Shown here one piece after another: positions 1 through 10,969 of a stretch of 64,000 nt of DNA. The DNA comes from Histomonas meleagridis 2922-C6/04-290x (Eukaryota > Protista > Parabasalia): NCBI GenBank assembly GCA_020184695.1, contig JAANOX010000278.1:248001-312000 (forward strand), read 5' to 3'. A model generated the notes under the pieces. The model did no database searches. It was not told where the DNA came from and saw nothing but the letters and a program-made list of their open reading frames with translations. Both the position numbers and the translations under genes were made by a program. Position 1 is the stretch's first letter. The number at the start of each line of letters is the position of its first letter.

Positions 1-989
1 ATTGAATTTGTTGAACCGCCTCTATCGGATCCGGATAAACCAAAGAAAAAGTTGATGAAATGAATTGGAAATATGTAAAAAACATCAACTAAAAGAATTG
101 CTGTAATCCACATTTGGAAACCGGAAAGAATTTTCAAAAAGTTATATATTACTGTAGGCAAAGCTACAGCTAATACATTACCAATGATAAGAGATGTATA
201 TAAATATTTACTACAATTTTCATTTGGCTTTTTATAATAACAAATAAATAAGAAAGAAGAAATACATAAAATTCCAAAAGAAGTTAATCGAATTGTATAT
301 GAAAATGAATGTGGAATTCTCCAAATTTCAGAAATAGATATAGATGGATTAGTTACACTGGAATTAGTAAGCGCATTATAAGAAATAATAGCAACAATTA
401 TAATTAAAAAAATAAATGAAATAATATAAAGAATTAAATAGTTTTTCTTAATTGGAAATTCTTCGTTTGCTTGAATGCTGTTGTTATGAATTAGATTTAA
501 ATGAAAAGAAAACACAATATGAGAACCTTCTTTGATTGGTTTAGGGTCAAATGAAGCAACAGTAAAATTGAATTCATTAAATATTGTGATTAAATATGTG
601 GAAAAATATTGCAACGTACCGTTTTGGATTGTAGAAAAGTGGACTTTTTCCCATCTGTTGTTTTGATAAAAACGAAGATACGAATTTTCCTTTGCAATGG
701 ATTTCATATGTTCTGCACTTTCTTTCAAAATTAAATAATCACAATGATGATATTCATTTGATTTTGTTAAATTAAATGGGATCAATTGCTGCCTTTCACC
801 AAAGCTATAATATATTTGATATTCATGTTGAGAGTCATATTGTTCATCACAATAATGAATTCCTGGAATTTTTTGAGACCAAAATGGATTATCCACTGTA
901 CTTACTGCGCCTACAAAAACTTTATTTGTGGCATTGTATATTGGCTTTCTTATAGAATATAAAAAATGAAAAAAGATGCACACAAACAT
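1..989 (-). CDS. Divergent TM9SF/EMP70 (nonaspanin)-like membrane protein, 3' end runs off the window start
   Basis: Hand translation from ATG at 989 stays open to base 1 (absent from the ORF track because there is no stop). Hydrophobic leader MFVCIFFHFLYS, luminal domain VFVGAVSTVDNPFW..HYC (cf. TM9SF V.L.vNkv.p..NP...Y..LPFC), then successive TM segments with EIWRIP (cf. DVFRPP). Confidence 0.55.
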   Translation of the reverse strand, partial: MFVCIFFHFLYSIRKPIYNATNKVFVGAVSTVDNPFWSQKIPGIHYCDEQYDSQHEYQIYYSFGERQQLIPFNLTKSNEYHHCDYLILKESAEHMKSIAKENSYLRFYQNNRWEKVHFSTIQNGTLQYFSTYLITIFNEFNFTVASFDPKPIKEGSHIVFSFHLNLIHNNSIQANEEFPIKKNYLILYIISFIFLIIIVAIISYNALTNSSVTNPSISISEIWRIPHSFSYTIRLTSFGILCISSFLFICYYKKPNENCSKYLYTSLIIGNVLAVALPTVIYNFLKILSGFQMWITAILLVDVFYIFPIHFINFFFGLSGSDRGGSTNS

Positions 990-1283
990 AAAAAGGTCTC
1001 ATGAAATTCAGAATGTCTGTTCGAAGTTCAAAGCATAGTTAAAAGTAAAATAATGAAAAATAGAAAGTATCATATCAATCATGAATCTTAGGCCTTAACT
1101 AAATACAACCTGCAAGAATTAAAGAAGGCTCTTTTAATCATAAATCTTTTGGTTTCTTTTAAGTAATTTAACAATTGTTATGATTCTTATTTTTATATAA
1201 TAATTGATTATTTATCTCAATTGCATCATTATTTTGTAATGCAAAAAAATCCAAAAAATAAAATTTAGAAAATACAAACATAT

Positions 1284-2489
1284 TTATTGGAATTTCAAAG
1301 GTTGTCCTCTGTTATTTTTCCATATTTTTATCTGTTTCATCAAGAATATGGCTAAAAAGAACCCAGCCATCAACGGTAACACGGATAGTAATCCAATTAT
1401 CACACCCTGTTTTATATCAGATTTTATGTCACTCGTTTTCCCGTCGAGAGTATTTAAGTAATATCCGACTTTTATGTTCGGGTCAAACAATTGATTTTTG
1501 CAATAACGCCCAAATAGCGACTGGCCAACAAATGACACTTTGTTTCCAGCAATTAAATTTGCTTGTTCTGTTGTACACAAACTATAAACACGGATCTCAG
1601 ACCCTTCGTCAGCGTTTAAAAGCCTTTCACCCGAACTACATCCCATTATAGCGCATTGAAGAAAATCAACACTTGAGTTTGTCTTTTCAACACATAATAT
1701 TGAGCCATATGATTCTGCTACAGCAAGTAAAAAATAACACTGTTCAATTTTGGTATTTTCTATTCCAGTTAATAGGATACAAGTTTTAGATGCAGCATAA
1801 ACAGTTTTCATGTCACAATTCCGTATCGTTCCATAACCGCCATCAAGACAAAAACCGCCGTTTTGACTTTGAGCTGATGTGAAAGAAACATTAAGATAGT
1901 TGATAGATGCAAAACATTTGGATTTCTTGATGAAACATCCATGATTTATAGACTCTAGTTTGGCAAAATCTGTCTGAGAAATATCAAAAACGGAAGAATC
2001 TTCATTATATATTGCACCACCAGTTTTTGCATATCCTTGCTCAAATGTCGAGTGAATAACTGTAATGTTTCCTTTGCAGTAGATAGATCCACCTTTTTTA
2101 CCTGTGTTTTGAAAAAATAAACTATGCTTAATATCAAGATCTGAAAGTGAATAAATAGCTCCACCTTTAAGATCATAATTAAGACACATCTTAAATGTAC
2201 AGTCTGTGATTTTTGCAGGACCGACATAAATATTAGTAGATCGTGAAACAATTGTATCATTAAAAAAATTTGCTTTTTCTAAAATAACTGCTGAGCAAGA
2301 AAACATTTGGAAAGTACTTTGGTATAAATTGAGTTTAAGTCTGTCTGTTGAAAAAATTGCTGGTCCTAAAGATTTTGAAAAAAGTGATTTTTTTAAGTCT
2401 AAAGAACCCAAGGAAGAAGAAAATGAAAATACGGCTGACATGGGTTGATTAAGATTGGTTAGTACCAAGTGCAGCACCGTAATATTCAT
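1284..2489 (-). CDS. Pmp-like/parallel beta-helix surface protein with C-terminal TM segment
   Basis: GGAIY, GGSIY, GGAIY and NGGF repeats typical of polymorphic-membrane-protein beta-helices; hydrophobic segment near the C-terminus. Start placed at MNITVLHL (2489). Confidence 0.7.
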   Translation of the reverse strand: MNITVLHLVLTNLNQPMSAVFSFSSSLGSLDLKKSLFSKSLGPAIFSTDRLKLNLYQSTFQMFSCSAVILEKANFFNDTIVSRSTNIYVGPAKITDCTFKMCLNYDLKGGAIYSLSDLDIKHSLFFQNTGKKGGSIYCKGNITVIHSTFEQGYAKTGGAIYNEDSSVFDISQTDFAKLESINHGCFIKKSKCFASINYLNVSFTSAQSQNGGFCLDGGYGTIRNCDMKTVYAASKTCILLTGIENTKIEQCYFLLAVAESYGSILCVEKTNSSVDFLQCAIMGCSSGERLLNADEGSEIRVYSLCTTEQANLIAGNKVSFVGQSLFGRYCKNQLFDPNIKVGYYLNTLDGKTSDIKSDIKQGVIIGLLSVLPLMAGFFLAIFLMKQIKIWKNNRGQPLKFQ

Positions 2490-2625
2490 TTTCTTAAGAT
2501 ATGAAATGTGATGTGAAATATATATCAATTCAAAACAAACAAATGAATTTATGCTTCAGTAACACATTAAATCAACAATAAGCAAAAGCAAAATAAAATA
2601 TCAAATATCAGTTAAAAACAAATGT

Positions 2626-3561
2626 TTATTTTGTTTTTGATAGTGATTGAACTCTATCTATAAAGTTTCTATATTGCTGATCTAGGTTCTGTTTTGGCCT
2701 AAATTCGAGAAATTCTTTCGATACCACACTTCCTAAAATTTTTGAAACAGATGCATTTCCAATTAATTTGGTGTATACTTCGATGATTGACTTGGAAAGG
2801 TGAATATCATAATCCTCGTTAAGATCCATGAGAGCATTGTTCAATATTTCCAAAACAATTTTTGTCTGTTGTTGATTATTTGCAATAATTGAGTATCCTT
2901 CATCAATAGAAATCAAACATTTTAAGATATATGCAGCTGCAATTCGAATTACTCCATTCCATTGTGCTAATGTATTTAGACATATTGGCAAAAATTCGCT
3001 TTTAATTAATGAGGAAATTATTTCAGATTGCTTTCCTTTAACAAGACCTGCAAAAACACCAATGGTAGCACCAATAAAGCGTTCTGCATCGGCGTTATTG
3101 GAGTTTAACTTGAAAAATGGAAATAAATAAGTTGGAATTCCTGATAAAACAAATGGAAGTTTGGTATCGGAATTACTTGCAACAAGTTGGAAAAGTAAAA
3201 TATTATTGTAAACATTGTTTGCATTTGGAACGTTAGTTTCACCACTTGCTAAATTTGGATAAAAATTTAAGATATCAGAAAGAAGTGAAACAACAGTCCC
3301 AGGAGAAAACCATATCATTAAAGCAAGGTCTTTAATATTTGCGCGTTTGGCAAGTAGACTTTTTACTGCTTGTGAGCGAGTATTTTCAGAATTAATTTGT
3401 TTAATTTCTGAAACAATCTGATCTTGACTAAAAGCTTGCTGTTGAGCTTGTTGAACAACTGGAGTAGATTGTGGTCGCTTGATGTTTGAAGCAATCTTTG
3501 GGTAGCTCATTGTGCCACTTTTTACATAAGAATTAACGTTTTTCTTGTCAGAAAGTGACAT
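2626..3561 (-). CDS. CNOT9: CCR4-NOT subunit 9 (Rcd1/Caf40)
   Basis: RSQAVKSLLAKRANIKDLALMIWFSPGTVVSLLSDILNFYP and LLFQLVASNSDTKLPFVLSGIPTYLFPFF align with the Rcd1 ARM-repeat consensus. Confidence 0.9.
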   Translation of the reverse strand: MSLSDKKNVNSYVKSGTMSYPKIASNIKRPQSTPVVQQAQQQAFSQDQIVSEIKQINSENTRSQAVKSLLAKRANIKDLALMIWFSPGTVVSLLSDILNFYPNLASGETNVPNANNVYNNILLFQLVASNSDTKLPFVLSGIPTYLFPFFKLNSNNADAERFIGATIGVFAGLVKGKQSEIISSLIKSEFLPICLNTLAQWNGVIRIAAAYILKCLISIDEGYSIIANNQQQTKIVLEILNNALMDLNEDYDIHLSKSIIEVYTKLIGNASVSKILGSVVSKEFLEFRPKQNLDQQYRNFIDRVQSLSKTK

Positions 3562-4034
3562 TATATGATTCTTGTAAAAAACTTAGTTCCAAATGCTTAC
3601 GTATTAAAAACAACCCTTACAAATAGGTGAATAAATCAGGTTAGTACAAATACACGAGTTACCCAATGAACTGATAATTATCAACCACTATATTGCTTTA
3701 TTACTGATCAAATTGTCGGATGAAAATCATGGAAAAAATCAATCAAAAATTTTAACATTAACATTGTTTACATATTGTTTATAAAGATTGATTTAATTGA
3801 TGAAAACGAAGCTATAAATTCAAAGAAATAACAAAAAAACACACACGCCAAAACGACACACTAATTAAACAATTCAAACATGATAGAACAACCTGCCATA
3901 AGTGATAATTTTTTTATAATAATAATAATTTAATATTTACCAAACAAAATATTTATTTTTCTTTTTGTAAAAAATGGTTTTGGCAAAAAAGGGAATCTTT
4001 TATATTTTTTTAATTTGTTTTTGACAATCTTACT

Positions 4035-4133
4035 AAGCGATTTAACATGGTTTAATGTTCGCTTTTTTTGGGGCACCCCTATGTTTCCGGTTTGTCCCGG
4101 ACATTTCATCCGTGACAAACCTCTCAAAAATTC
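4035..4133. other. GC-rich structured island (three adjacent hairpins), candidate ncRNA or cis-element
   Basis: Hairpin AAGCG/AACAT..ATGTT/CGCTT at 4035-4064; GGGG-CA-CCCC at 4070-4079; GGTTTGTC-C-CGGA-[CATTTCA]-TCCG-T-GACAAACC at 4089-4121. Lies in otherwise very AT-rich intergenic DNA. Confidence 0.35.
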
Positions 4134-4367
4134 TTCCATTAACACTTTGTTTTTCTTTTATTATTATTTATTAAAAGATGACCAAAAAAGTTTATTCTTC
4201 ACCAATAATATAAAGATTTAATAAAAAAGGAATTAAATAAAAATATAATTTTTCTAAAAATTATTTTAATTCACATCTAATTCTGGGGTAATTTCGATTC
4301 ATTTCGATATTAAATATTTTTCGTCTTTCAAATTTGTCAGTATTCAAAATTGAACGAAAAGTTGACT

Positions 4368-4372
4368 TCACT
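4368..4372 (+). promoter_or_regulatory. Parabasalid initiator (Inr) TCACT
   Basis: TCACT ends 5 nt before the actinin ATG, the usual trichomonad Inr position. Confidence 0.6.
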
Positions 4373-4377
4373 TATTT

Positions 4378-7300
4378 ATGAGCGCTCCTCAAAGAACAGG
4401 ACTTCTCGACCGTGGATGGGAAGAAACCCAAATCAAGGTTTTCACCCGTTGGTGCCAAAAGTACTTATCACAACAGAAAATTGAGTTCAATGATATCAGA
4501 ACTGATTTCAGAGATGGTGTCAAGTTACTCCAACTTTTACAAATCATCGGTAAAGACCCACTTCCAGGCAAGTGGCATCAAGTTGTCAAGAACAGGTATC
4601 ATCAACTCGAAAACGTTCAACTTGCTATCAAATACATCACAGAAGTTAAAGAAATCAAACTTGTCGGTATTCACCCAGAAGAAATTGTTGATGGAAACTT
4701 AAAGATCACTCTTGGTCTTGCCTGGTCCTGCATCAACAAGTTCCAAATCGAAGATATCTCTGTTGAAGAAAAGACAGCCCGTGATGCCCTTCTTATCTGG
4801 TGCCAAAAGAACACACGTGATTATGATATTAGCATCACCAACTTCACCACCTCATGGTCATCAGGTCTTGCATTCTGTGCACTTATCAACCACTTCAGAC
4901 CAAACGAACTTGATTACGATGCTCTTAACAAGGATGATCATATGGCTAACGTTACAGCTGCCTTCGATGCATGCCGTCGTATTGGATTAACTGTCTTCCT
5001 CGATCCAGAAGATCTTGTTGGCTGTGTACCAGATGACAAATCTGTTGTTACACAAGTTTCTGAATTCTTCCACTTCTTTGCTTCTGAATCCAAGATCACA
5101 GCTATGGCTGATAAGATCAAGTCCACACTCAAGAACCAAAAGCAAATTGATGAAATGTCAAACCTTTATGAACAACAAGCACAAGCAGCTCTTGATGCCA
5201 TGGCCAAGGAAAAGGAATCCATCGAATCCGATGAATATGAAAGAACAGTTCCAGGAGTTCGTGCCAAGCTTGGTGATGTTATCAAGTATGCACATACAGC
5301 ACGTCCACAAATCATTGAACTTCGTGGTACAGCACTTCGTACATGGGCATCCATTGTTACCAAGTGTAAGCCAATCTCACGTAAGGTTCCAGTTCCACCA
5401 GAAGGCAAAGAACCAGAGACATTAAATGCCAAATTCGAAGAATTAGAAAACGTTCAAGCTAAGCGCCGTGCAGAACTTCAAGAAATCTTGAAGCAAATCG
5501 AAAAGGAAAAGGTTGACTCATTCGATCAAATGTGCCAAGAAATCCTTAACAAAGTTGACGAAATCAACCAACGTTCTAACTCACTTGAAGGCACAATTGA
5601 AGAACAACATGATGTCATCAATGGCCTTATTGCAGAAGCAGAAGAGAAGCAAAGCCATCTTCCAGAATTACAACCACCATACAATGAATTGATCCAATTA
5701 AACTTGAACAACAGATCCAAGTTCACACCATATGCCATCCAAAAGGAAGTCGATCAATTAATTGTTCACCTTAAGCATCTTTTAGATCAAAACAAGGCCG
5801 CTGCCCTTCAAGCAGATAATGAACGCCGTATCAGAGAATATAATGATAAGGCACAAAAGTATATCGATGTCGCACAAGATATCGAAAAGGAACTCGATTC
5901 AATCGAAGGTTCACTTCCAGAACGTCGTGCTGCATTCATCAAGCAACAATCCGAAATTGCTGAAAAGCGTGAAAAGGTTAATGAAATCGATCCAGATTTC
6001 GAAGACCTCGAAAAGGATGGTTTACATCTTGGTATCTCCAACACACCAGAATACATCAAGACACAATACGGCAACTCACTCAAGCGTGCCATCACAGAAA
6101 CTAACAAGATCTTCGATGAAATGGTCAACGAATATGATGCATTAGCCGGCAAGATCACAGAACGTGTTCGTGACTTAACTAACCAAGCAGAAGCTGTCAA
6201 GCAACCAGAAAAGGTTCTCGAGACACAAAAGGCAGAATACGAAGAACTCCAAGGAAAGGCTGCTGAAGTTGAAGCCGAATTACCAACACTTGATCACCCA
6301 TACAGTGAAATTGTTGAATTCAAACTCGCCGCACGTATCAAGACAACACCATCAGAAGCCGCTTCACAAGTTGCCCAACTTAAGAACTTACTTGATAAGT
6401 TACTTGAAGATAACGCAGCTGCTATTGTTAAGCGTGAAAACGAACGCCGTATCAAGGAATATAATGAATTGGCACAAACATATGTTGACAAGTCACGTGA
6501 CTTCGCTGCTACAGTCGATGCTATCGATGGAACACTTGTTGAACGTCGTACAGCATATCTTCAAAAGCAAAAGGAACTCAACGAGAAGCGTGATGACCTC
6601 GACAACTTAACACCACACTACCAAGCATTAGAAAAGGATGGTTTACACATGAACATCAACAACACACCAATTTCAATCTCATCATTCTATGCACAAGTTC
6701 TTGAGAAGATCACAAACGCATTGAACTTAATCTATGATGAAATGGTTAAGAACTTCGATGAAATGGCAACAGCTCTTAACGAACGTATCAAGAAGGTCGA
6801 AGCCGAACATAAGGCTATCGATGGCACACTCCAAGAGAAGAAGGAGAAACTTGCCGCAGAACTTACAGAAGCACAAGGCATTCATGACGATGTTCCACAA
6901 CTCAACGAACCATTTGCAGAATTAACAGAGTTCAAGCTCAACTATCGTCCCAAGTTCACACCAATTGATATCCAAGGTTACATCGATCAATTGATTGCTA
7001 ACATCAACCACGTTAACCAAATCAACGACAGCGAAATCCAAGCAGAAAGCAACAAGGCACGTATCGATAACTACATTGGCAAAGCACAAGCTGTTGTCGA
7101 CGAAGCTAAAGAACTCGAAGCATCAATCAACGAAATTGATGGCACTAACGAAGAGAAGCTTGAGAAGCTTTATGCTAAGGATAAGGAAGTCAACGAGAAG
7201 CAAAAGAAGATCGACGAGATCACACCAATCTACCAAGACCTTGAAAAGGATGACTTACACCTTAACATCGAAAACACACCATCATCAATCTTAGCATTCT

Positions 7301-7785
7301 TCGATAACATGCACGCACACATCCACAACTTGATCCAAGAAGTGGATAAGGCCATTGCCACAGCTAAGGGTCTCGAAATCTCAGAAGAACAACTTCAAGA
7401 ATTCAGAGATACATTCTCATTCTTCGATAAGGATAACACTAAGTCACTCGAACCATACGAACTTAAGGCTTGTCTCACAGCACTCGGTGAAAACGTCGAA
7501 GATGAAGAATGCAACGAAATCATCAAGAAGTACACAGGCGGTAACACATCTATGGACTTCGATAACTACGTTAAGTTCATGCTCGATAGATTCACTAAGC
7601 AAGAAACAGCCGAAACTACTAAGGACGCATTCAAGGCAGTCACCAAGAACGCACCTGTTATGACTGAGGAATTAATGAACCAACACTTCACCCCAGAAGA
7701 TGTCGAATACATGAAGGCTAACATGCCACAAACTGAAGACGGATATGACTACTCACAATGGGCAGATTCAGTTTTCGTTGAGTAA
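4378..7785 (+). CDS. ACTN: Alpha-actinin, long-rod parabasalid type (1135 aa)
   Basis: Tandem CH domains (QIKVFTRWCQKYL, LKITLGLAWSCI, ALLIWCQK, SWSSGLAFCALI), extended spectrin-like rod, C-terminal EF-hands (FSFFDKDNTKSLEPYELKACL). Strong GC3 codon bias suggests high expression. Confidence 0.95.
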   Translation: MSAPQRTGLLDRGWEETQIKVFTRWCQKYLSQQKIEFNDIRTDFRDGVKLLQLLQIIGKDPLPGKWHQVVKNRYHQLENVQLAIKYITEVKEIKLVGIHPEEIVDGNLKITLGLAWSCINKFQIEDISVEEKTARDALLIWCQKNTRDYDISITNFTTSWSSGLAFCALINHFRPNELDYDALNKDDHMANVTAAFDACRRIGLTVFLDPEDLVGCVPDDKSVVTQVSEFFHFFASESKITAMADKIKSTLKNQKQIDEMSNLYEQQAQAALDAMAKEKESIESDEYERTVPGVRAKLGDVIKYAHTARPQIIELRGTALRTWASIVTKCKPISRKVPVPPEGKEPETLNAKFEELENVQAKRRAELQEILKQIEKEKVDSFDQMCQEILNKVDEINQRSNSLEGTIEEQHDVINGLIAEAEEKQSHLPELQPPYNELIQLNLNNRSKFTPYAIQKEVDQLIVHLKHLLDQNKAAALQADNERRIREYNDKAQKYIDVAQDIEKELDSIEGSLPERRAAFIKQQSEIAEKREKVNEIDPDFEDLEKDGLHLGISNTPEYIKTQYGNSLKRAITETNKIFDEMVNEYDALAGKITERVRDLTNQAEAVKQPEKVLETQKAEYEELQGKAAEVEAELPTLDHPYSEIVEFKLAARIKTTPSEAASQVAQLKNLLDKLLEDNAAAIVKRENERRIKEYNELAQTYVDKSRDFAATVDAIDGTLVERRTAYLQKQKELNEKRDDLDNLTPHYQALEKDGLHMNINNTPISISSFYAQVLEKITNALNLIYDEMVKNFDEMATALNERIKKVEAEHKAIDGTLQEKKEKLAAELTEAQGIHDDVPQLNEPFAELTEFKLNYRPKFTPIDIQGYIDQLIANINHVNQINDSEIQAESNKARIDNYIGKAQAVVDEAKELEASINEIDGTNEEKLEKLYAKDKEVNEKQKKIDEITPIYQDLEKDDLHLNIENTPSSILAFFDNMHAHIHNLIQEVDKAIATAKGLEISEEQLQEFRDTFSFFDKDNTKSLEPYELKACLTALGENVEDEECNEIIKKYTGGNTSMDFDNYVKFMLDRFTKQETAETTKDAFKAVTKNAPVMTEELMNQHFTPEDVEYMKANMPQTEDGYDYSQWADSVFVE

Positions 7786-8147
7786 AAAATAAGTCCAATT
7801 GATCATATATGATTTTTTTTAATTAGTTTTTTAACAGGTACAAACCAAATTGCAATGCTACGATGACGATTGAATTAACTTTGAGTGCAGCGGAGTCACT
7901 TCACTTTGTCGCATTCTATTCACAGGATCAAACTGTGGCGATTATTCGCTTGCTTTAAAACAAATTTAATGCTCATGATCAATTCAATCAGTGCATTACA
8001 TGTTATTATATATAATGCAAAATTAATGTTGTCGGAAAATAAACTTAATCTCATTCAGCCAAAATATTTAAAGAGGAAATAATTAACATTTTCAAAAATA
8101 TTAGTAAGGAGAATGAATGTTTTATTGATGTTTCATCGTTTTTAATA

Positions 8148-9600
8148 ATGGTTTTGATTAAAAATATAATTAGTTTAAAAAAATATTTTATTTTAAATAT
8201 TTATCCTAAAAATAAATGCAAACAAGGAATCCTTATATTTGCATTTGTTTCATTTTTTAATCAGACATTTGAATTTTTTGACGAAACAACAAAAACACTT
8301 ACAATCACAAATTCTAATGACTTCAATACTAAACATAGTTCAGCAGAACATGCCATTAATGAAGGTAAAATTGCTAATATTCCACAATCAGCATTTTATA
8401 ACTACAATTCATTAATTTCAGTGAATGTTACGAGTGAACTTAAATTGATTGGTATGCAAGCATTTTTTAATTGTATAAATTTAAAGTCAATTGTTTTTTC
8501 ATAAATAGTTTAGAAAATATTGAAAATTATGCATTTTATAATTGTTATTTATTAGAATCATTTATTTTTGGTGAAAATGTTAAAACAATTGGTAATTCAG
8601 CATTTGAAAGATGTATGTCATTAGTTAACATCACAATTCCATCATCAATTACAAGTATTAAAACAAGTGCATTTGGTTCATGTTTGAATTTAGAAATTAT
8701 TAATGTTTCCAAAGGGAATTCGTATTATTGTAATTCAAATAATTGTCAAGTTTTATATGACATAAACCTCACTGAAATTTATTGATTTTCGCCAAAAATA
8801 CTGAATGAAACATTTAATATTCCAAACACAGTTGAAACCATTAAATCCAATTCATTTTCTTATTGTTTATTTTGTTATATTAATATTCCAAATTCTGTTA
8901 TATCGATTGAGTCGAATTCATTTTTATCAAGTCCAAATCTTGAAAGTGTTATATTTGGAGAAAATGTTTAAACAATTATGAACTGTGCATTTCAAAATTG
9001 TACTAAATTAAAGAATGTTACTCTACCGAAATCAGTTTCATTGTTAATTAATTCATATTATGCACTAGTCTTCAATTTATTAATATATCAATAGAAAATG
9101 CATTTTATTCAAATTATGGAAATGATGGTATTGTTTATAACAAAGAAATCACCGAAATTATATGTTATCCGCCAGGGAAACAAGAAATAACATATACAAT
9201 ACCATCAACTGTAACATCTATTGGAAATTATTCATTTTATTCATGTTCATCATTAACGAATATTCAACTCACAAATAATATTCAAACAATTGGCCGTAAT
9301 GCATTTTATTTATGTTCATCATTAACGAATATCACATTTCCATTATCAATTACAATAATTAGCAGTTATGCATTTGCGAATTGTAATTCACTTGAAACAG
9401 TTATTATAGGGGAAAATGTTCAATAAATTCAGAATTATGCATTTTTCTCTTGTACAAATTTGCTATGTGTTTATTATTATGGGACAAATAAACCATCATT
9501 TGGTACATACGTTTTCGATGGAACTAATTTTTCCGCAGTTATGACATTAGATTCATATTCAAGTGATGAATTTAATTCATCTGAAGTTTTGAATGGTACA
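8148..9600 (+). pseudogene. BspA-like (TpLRR/LRR_5) surface-protein pseudogene
   Basis: Repeats such as IGNSAFERCMSLVNITIPSSITSI continue across several frames. Frameshift near 8495; in-frame stops at 8783-8785 and 9424-9426; further disruptions at ~8970-9110. Confidence 0.85.
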
Positions 9601-10932
9601 AGTATTTTTATTACGTTAGAAAACATATTCACTAAAACAATAAAATTTATTGTTGAAAATGATAACTCAATAAATTTCCAAGTTATAATAAGTCAAACAT
9701 TTGAATTAAAAGAAAACGAAATTAAACAAATCGAAATTCGTTATAACCCAACAACTATAGGTAAAAACGAAATCGCAAATATTAAATCAGACGAACTTGG
9801 CCAATATCTTTATAAAGTTATTGGCATAGGTAAACCACCGCCAATACAATTGCCATTAACAATCGAAACAAGTATAAATAAAACTTCAATTGGTATAATC
9901 GAATTTATAAATCCGTTTTATTTTCCCGCACAATTTTCTATAACTTTAAATAATGAAAAAGCAAATCAAAATGTTTTTAATTTATTATCACGGAAAAAAT
10001 TCTCTTTAACTAATTATGGAGATACAAATGAAATACAAATTTCATTTTTGCCACGTTTTAATGGCGAATTTAAATCGAATATTATTATAACATATAATGA
10101 TATTCAATGGGTGTATCCGATAATTGGAATTTGTAATTCATTAAATACGAAAGATCAAAAAATTATTTATGGAATGAGTTATCAGAAGATACAAAAAGAA
10201 ATTTCTTTATTTTTAATAGGCGAAAAAGAAAATTATAAAATTTCGGAATATAAAATTATTGTTCAATATCAAAAAGGATTTGAATTTGTTTCGAAATATT
10301 TAAACATATTTCCGATTAATATAATAAAAAATGAAAATAATAACAAATATATAAATCTTCAAATTAAATATTATCCAAAACGTCCAATGAATACATTCTT
10401 AATAATAATCATTAAAAACCCTTTAGAACAAAGTTGGAAATTTAATGTGAAACTTCAAATAGAAAGTTCTGAGCCATTACAAAATATAATTTTGGAATGT
10501 TCGCTCGATAAAATAATAAAATATAAACCTAAAATCGTTGATGAGTTCGATGAGAAAACTCCTTTTCATGCTTACCTAGTAAATGGTTCTTCATCTGAGT
10601 TCTCTATTTCGAGTTCGAAAGGTTTTATCGAACCTTTTGTTGATGAAATGCCTTTTGATGTTTTGTTTAGCCCGAAAATTTATGGTAAAGTAATGAAGGC
10701 ACAATTAATTATCGATACTTTAGAAGTGCAATTTAAATATGACTTAATCGGGAGAATTCCTAAATATATGCCGCCAAAGGTTTGCGGTGGAAGAATTGAT
10801 TTGTCTACGCCGGAATCTCTGAAAAGAAATAATGCGGTGAAAAGAAATATCGTTAAGGAAAATATAGAAAATGCAAAGATTTCAATACCAAAAACTGCTA
10901 GATCACCAAGAAAAAAATATTTTTATGCATAA
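9601..10932 (+). pseudogene. 3' fragment of a CFAP47-like (ASH/Ig-domain ciliary) gene, in frame with the BspA relic
   Basis: IEFINPF, PFHAYLVNGSSSEFSI and FSPKIYGKVMKAQLIIDTLEVQFKYDLIGRIPKYMPP match the CFAP47 C-terminal pattern as recalled. The N-terminal bulk of the gene is absent. Confidence 0.6.
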
Positions 10933-10969
10933 ATATTTGTTTTTATTATAAATTTGAATGTTTGTTTTC

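Noticed and set aside
4035-4200. Assignment of the structured island to U2, U5, U1 or RNase MRP
   Set aside because: The branch-point pairing GTAGTA, U5 loop I, U1 5' end and MRP CR-V motifs are absent; kept only as an unassigned candidate.
4389-7663. Many 60-136-aa ORFs overlapping alpha-actinin
   Set aside because: By-products of strong codon bias in a highly expressed gene; no independent starts or motifs.
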